From Candidatus Bathyarchaeia archaeon (GTDB taxonomy: Archaea > Thermoproteota > Bathyarchaeia > Bathyarchaeales > Bathycorpusculaceae), in NCBI GenBank assembly GCA_050012255.1, contig JBEKHN010000010.1, positions 1 to 64,000 of the forward strand: a stretch of 64,000 nt of DNA. The letters run 5' to 3'. The position numbers were made by a program, and so were the translations under genes. The notes under the pieces are model-generated. The model saw only the letters and a program-made list of their open reading frames with translations, was not told the origin of the DNA and did not search any database. This document shows positions 59,738-64,000 of the stretch, in pieces (positions within the stretch are counted from its first letter, which is position 1; the number at the start of each line of letters is the position of its first letter).

Positions 59738-60528
59738 TTGTCGTTGCCTCTCAAAGAAGGTTGGAACAAAATCTCGGACGATTACCAGCAAAGAATGGAG
59801 ATGCCAACAGACGACGTTTATTGAGGCGATTTTGTAGCCTCGGAAAGTCAACTCGGAGTGTTGGGCGAGGTTAGGGGCAAGAGAATCCTGGAGATTGGTT
59901 GTGGCGCGGCTCAAAACTCGCTAGTTCTCTCAAAATGGGGAGCGCATGCTTTTGGAATAGACTTGTCGTGGAACCAGATACTTCACGGTAGGCGACTCTC
60001 AAGAAAGGAAGCAGTGGAAGTGAACCTATTTGTTGGCAGTATAGACAGCTTGCCCTTCAAGGATGAAACTTTTGACATGATCATTGCGGCGAGGGCTTTG
60101 CACTATGTGCCAGACCTGAAGGCAGCAATCAGTGAAGTACATAGAGTCCTTGTGGAAAATGGATGCTTCACCATCAGCACTGTTCACCCGCTTATTTGGG
60201 GAAGTGCGGGCAAACTAGCTAAATACAGAGGAAAACCATCTGTCCAGTCAGAAACTACTTCGAACGCAGGGTTGAACACTGGATAAACAAACTGCCGAAT
60301 GGAACTCAAGTAAAGATGCATTCATACTATCGAACCTTGCAGGATCACTTTGACATACTGATTCAAAATGGATTTACTATTGAACGATACATGGAACTTG
60401 AGAGATTACAAGAAAGTGCGCTGCATCCGCTGAACCAAGGGAAGCTCAAGAAAGACAAGAAGGCGCGCCAGCTCTACACAAAGATGAAAGAAGTGCCTTA
60501 TTGGATAATCATCAAAGCCCGTAGGTGA
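59738..60528 (+). pseudogene. Class I SAM methyltransferase pseudogene
   Basis: In-frame TGA at 59822 (DVY*GDF), ILEIGCG motif, and a frameshift near 60245 into VRNYFERRVEHW...MHSYYRTL. Confidence 0.85.
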
Positions 60529-60531
60529 GGT

Positions 60532-60753
60532 GGCGCATGTCTGTTCCTAGTTAGTTTGTGAAGTACCTTATGCTTCTTGCTTTGCTCGGTTTGTGTGTGC
60601 TGATGCCTGCTTGAGCTGTGAACAGCATGACCAGCAGGGAGAGTTGAGCGTGGAATGTGATCCTGGCCAGTCCTCTCATGTCGTGCTGCGTTAAGCCTGC
60701 AAGGTTCTTGATTCGGCTGAAGACTCGTTCCACGGCCACTCGCTAGCGCGCGC
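60532..60753 (-). mobile_element. IS remnant: DDE transposase C-terminus (IS5/IS1182-like) plus its terminal repeat
   Basis: VERVFSRIK...MRGL...H..L. The stop is followed at once by CTAGGAACAGACATGCGCC; the 5' side is cut at GCGCGCGC. Confidence 0.8.
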
Positions 60754-60754
60754 T

Positions 60755-62044
60755 CTACTTTCCATAATGTTCTAAATAGCCCTCCGTTTCCTTGAATAGT
60801 TTCTGGAGGTCTGCTTCTGAGTGGGCAGTGCTCAAGGCTCCGCAGTGCGTCGGTAGGAAGAAGATTCCGTTTGCCATCAACGTCAAGTTGTATTCGAGAA
60901 GCCTCTTTTTGTCGGCTCTGAAGACGGCGGGGGCATCTCTTATCCGCTCCTTTGTGAAGTGAACATTAAATAAGGATCCTAAGCCTACAACTTGCGCGTC
61001 AACATCATGCTTCTCAAAGGTCCGTCGCAGTCTCTCCCTGATTTCGTCGCCCTGCCTGTTGAGGCGGCTTGTTACCCTGCCATCTTCCAGGGTTTTCAGT
61101 GTCGCGAGTCCAGCAACCATTGTCATCGGGTTTCCAGCGAAGGTTCCTCCGTGAAAAGAGTAGTGCGGACGGTTGTAGGCGATGTTGTCTATCCTCTCCA
61201 TTATCTTCTTCGACCCGCAGAAGGCACCGACAGGGAAGCCTCCTCCCAGAATCTTTCCCAGAACGGTTATGTCAGCGTTTACGCCGTAGAACTGTTGTCC
61301 CCCTCCAGGAGCCAATCGGAACCCTGTGATCACTTCATCAAAGATTAATAGGATATCTTTTCGGTCGCAGAATTCTCTCAAGCCTTTCAGGAACTCCTTT
61401 TCAGCTGGCACTGCTCCTCCGGCTCCTAATACGGGTTCGATAACGATGGAGGCAGGCTGCTTGTTTTTCAGCTTCTTCTCAACCCCTTCGAGGTCGTTGA
61501 AAGGCAAAAGAACAGTGTCTTGAAGAGCTCCATGTGTGAGGCCTGCCGACTCCGGAAGGTCGAAGGGCTGCTTGACCCCTACGTGGAGTGCATCGTAACC
61601 TCCATGCCATCCACCTTCAAATTTGGCAATCGTGTCTCTGCCCGTGAACGCGCGTGCCAGTCTGGTGGCGTACATGTTTGCTTCTGTTCCAGAATTGGTG
61701 AAGCGAACCATTTGGACGCTCGGAACCATTTTGACAACCTGTTCAGCTAGAGCAATTTCCAGTTCGTGCGATGTTCCGTAGTGAGTTCCGTTTTCCAGTT
61801 GTTTCTTGACAACTTTCACAACTTCCTTTGGGCTGTGTCCCAGGATAAGCGCAGCATGTCCGAGCCAAAAATCGATGTACTCGTTTCCGTCAACGTCCCA
61901 AAGCTTACTTCCGTGCGCTTTGACAGTGTAGAAGGGGTATGGCTCAAAATAACGTATCCCGTACGAAACACCCGCGGGAAAAACCTTCTTTGCACGGTCA
62001 TAAAGAGTCCTCGAAGTCGGAGTTTTTGAAGTGTATTCATCCAT
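60755..62044 (-). CDS. hemL: Glutamate-1-semialdehyde 2,1-aminomutase-like class III aminotransferase
   Basis: DVDGNEYID, NSGTEA, FEGGWHG, FDEVITGFR, GKILGGGFPVGA, GTFAGNP. Confidence 0.8.
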   Translation of the reverse strand: MDEYTSKTPTSRTLYDRAKKVFPAGVSYGIRYFEPYPFYTVKAHGSKLWDVDGNEYIDFWLGHAALILGHSPKEVVKVVKKQLENGTHYGTSHELEIALAEQVVKMVPSVQMVRFTNSGTEANMYATRLARAFTGRDTIAKFEGGWHGGYDALHVGVKQPFDLPESAGLTHGALQDTVLLPFNDLEGVEKKLKNKQPASIVIEPVLGAGGAVPAEKEFLKGLREFCDRKDILLIFDEVITGFRLAPGGGQQFYGVNADITVLGKILGGGFPVGAFCGSKKIMERIDNIAYNRPHYSFHGGTFAGNPMTMVAGLATLKTLEDGRVTSRLNRQGDEIRERLRRTFEKHDVDAQVVGLGSLFNVHFTKERIRDAPAVFRADKKRLLEYNLTLMANGIFFLPTHCGALSTAHSEADLQKLFKETEGYLEHYGK

Positions 62045-62225
62045 CTGTAAGACCGTTCCTAATGCTTCTTTTCTATGGCTGATAGTCTCAACTCTAAGAA
62101 TTCATTTAAATTGTTTACCGTGAAAACACTGCGTTCTAGGAAAATGAGACTGACATAGGCACGCTTTCACAAATGCTTTTTATCCTCCTTTGGCCAGGTA
62201 TTCCAGCTAACTGGAAGGTTGACAA

Positions 62226-62798
62226 ATGGACTTTAAGGGAAGTCAAACTGAAAAGAATCTGCTGGCAGCCTTCGCCGGCGAATGTCAGGCCAGAACTAGG
62301 TACACCTTCTTCTCGAGCGTTGCTAAAAAAGAAGGATTCGAACAGATATCCAGCATCTTCCAAGAAACGTCTGACAACGAGAAGGAGCACGCGCGTCTGT
62401 TCTTCAAGCTTCTCAAGGGTGGACCCGTTGAGATCAAGGCTGCATATCCTGCAGGCATCATCGGATCAACTGCACAGAATCTCAAAGCCGCCGCAGAAGG
62501 AGAAAAGTTCGAATGGGGAACGCTGTACCCTGGGTTTGCTGAAGTCGCAGAAAAAGAAGGCTTCAAGGATGCGGCCAGAACTTTCCGTCAAGTAGCTAAA
62601 GTCGAATTTTACCATGAGCGACGATACTTGAAGTTGCTCGCAAACGTCGAGCAAGGCAAGGTCTTCAAGAGAGACACTCCGATAAAATGGATATGCAGAA
62701 ACTGCGGCTACGTTCACGAAGGATCCGAGGCGCCTGAGAAGTGCCCAGTCTGCGACCATCCGAGAAGCTTCTATGAGGTTTGGTGCGAAAACTACTGA
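62226..62798 (+). CDS. rbr: Rubrerythrin
   Basis: AFAGE, NEKEHA, EGE..E, E..HE, WICRNCGY, CPVCDHP. Confidence 0.96.
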   Translation: MDFKGSQTEKNLLAAFAGECQARTRYTFFSSVAKKEGFEQISSIFQETSDNEKEHARLFFKLLKGGPVEIKAAYPAGIIGSTAQNLKAAAEGEKFEWGTLYPGFAEVAEKEGFKDAARTFRQVAKVEFYHERRYLKLLANVEQGKVFKRDTPIKWICRNCGYVHEGSEAPEKCPVCDHPRSFYEVWCENY

Positions 62799-62831
62799 GC
62801 AAGCAAAGAAAAATCGGAGTTACTAAAACTG

Positions 62832-63953
62832 TCAGAGCCTTAACCTGTGACCCTTCGGTTTCACACTCTGCTCAAATTCTCTGGCCAACTGTTCAAGTAG
62901 GGTTCTCTGTTGCTGGGTCAACTTCTCAGGGACCTCTATCTCAACTCGCACCAGCATGTCGCCCCTGCCGTACCCTCTGAACCTCGGCATGCCTTTTCCT
63001 CTCAGTCTGACTATTTCGCCTGGCTGTGTTCCAGGATGAATTGTCAAGCTCGTGTTTCCTTCAAGCGTGGGGATCGAAACATCTGTGCCTAGGGCCGCTT
63101 GTGGGAAGCCTATTGTTAGACTGTAGAGGAGATCGTCTTCGTCTCTTTTGAAGTACGGGTGGGAGGCTATATGAATCACAGCGTAAAGGTCCCCAGGAGA
63201 TCTTGCTTCTGCAGACATTTCCCCCTCTCCTGAGAGTCTGAGCTGGTATCCTTCATCTATGCCTGAGGGCACCTTCACGGTGATTCTTCGTTCTCTCTCT
63301 ATCAAACCGTTGCCTCTACACTTTGGGCACGGTTTGTCTATGATTCTTCCTCTTCCGCTGCACGTGGGGCATGGTATGACTCGTACAAACGTGCCGAAGG
63401 CGTTTCTCGTTGTACTCTGTACTCTTCCAGCCCCGTTGCATCTGGGGCAGGTTCTCTGCGGGGTGTTAGGAGCCGCTCCACTGCCTCCGCAGACGTCGCA
63501 TTTTTCGACTCTCGAAATCTGTATGTCTTTCTCCGCGCCTCTTGCTGCCTCTTCCAGTGTGACCTCAAGATCGTATGCTAGGTCTCTGCCTCTCGTGACC
63601 CTTTCCTCAAAGTCTCCTCCGCCGAAGAAGACTCGGAAGACGTCTCCCAGACCGAAGCCGGAGCCCATGTCCCTGAATATGGACTCGAAGTCCGCACCCC
63701 TGAATATGTCTTCTCTAGTGTAGCGTTGGTCAAAACCTGCGTGGCCTAGTTGATTATACTGCGTACGCTTTTCGTCGTCTGATAACACGGCGTAGGCTTC
63801 GGATATTTCTTTGAACTTCTCCTCTGCGTCGGCGGCTTTGTTTCTGTCTGGGTGGTATTGCAACGCCAGCTTTCTGTAGGCATCTTTAATTTCGTCTTTA
63901 GAAGCGGTTCTGGGAACGCCGAGAACCTCGTAGTAATCTCTTTTACTGGCCAT
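62832..63953 (-). CDS. dnaJ: Molecular chaperone DnaJ
   Basis: J domain with HPD, G/F region, four CxxCxGxG repeats. Confidence 0.97.
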   Translation of the reverse strand: MASKRDYYEVLGVPRTASKDEIKDAYRKLALQYHPDRNKAADAEEKFKEISEAYAVLSDDEKRTQYNQLGHAGFDQRYTREDIFRGADFESIFRDMGSGFGLGDVFRVFFGGGDFEERVTRGRDLAYDLEVTLEEAARGAEKDIQISRVEKCDVCGGSGAAPNTPQRTCPRCNGAGRVQSTTRNAFGTFVRVIPCPTCSGRGRIIDKPCPKCRGNGLIERERRITVKVPSGIDEGYQLRLSGEGEMSAEARSPGDLYAVIHIASHPYFKRDEDDLLYSLTIGFPQAALGTDVSIPTLEGNTSLTIHPGTQPGEIVRLRGKGMPRFRGYGRGDMLVRVEIEVPEKLTQQQRTLLEQLAREFEQSVKPKGHRLRL

Positions 63954-64000
63954 CTCCTTACCATCAGACTAGTGATGCAGGTACTAGATCGGCTCGGCCT

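Noticed and set aside
59822-59824. Selenocysteine or readthrough at the in-frame TGA
   Set aside because: The context fits a TGG-to-TGA mutation, and the gene has an independent frameshift.
62136-62595. ORFs overlapping rubrerythrin, and similar antisense or alternate-frame ORFs throughout
   Set aside because: Shadow ORFs of well-supported genes with no motifs of their own.
1-64000. CRISPR array or cas genes
   Set aside because: No regularly spaced direct repeats and no Cas motifs were seen.

Overview
Archaeal chromosomal window, most likely Bathyarchaeia. This is an inference from the TACK-type information genes, the stand-alone 5S rRNA, the multi-intron tRNA and a secreted cohesin/dockerin protein. 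The core backbone encodes tsr3, nnr, tiaS, alaS, a TtuA/Ncs6-family thiolase, TBP, pelota, an AOR-family oxidoreductase, PolB, DnaG, tyrS, pheT/pheS, trpS, map, 5S rRNA, a two-intron tRNA-Trp, a hemL-like aminotransferase, rubrerythrin and dnaJ. Accessory patches interrupt it at about 15.3-21, 23.7-25.9, 34.7-35.2, 38.5-41.2 and 45.5-60.7 kb. Highlights: (1) a complete, tightly coupled NHEJ operon (PrimPol, Ku, ligase-phosphoesterase fusion, DUF72); (2) a promoter-bearing tRNA-like RNA whose anticodon arm is a 16-bp helix; (3) an IS/MITE family with ends GCGCGC-NN-GCYTGTTCCTAA, plus many bare (GC)n tracts at gene and remnant boundaries that may be target sites or excision scars; (4) dnaG with no ATG/GTG/TTG start; (5) a PolB with a degenerate proofreading site. 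All calls come from reading motifs by eye; no database searches were run.
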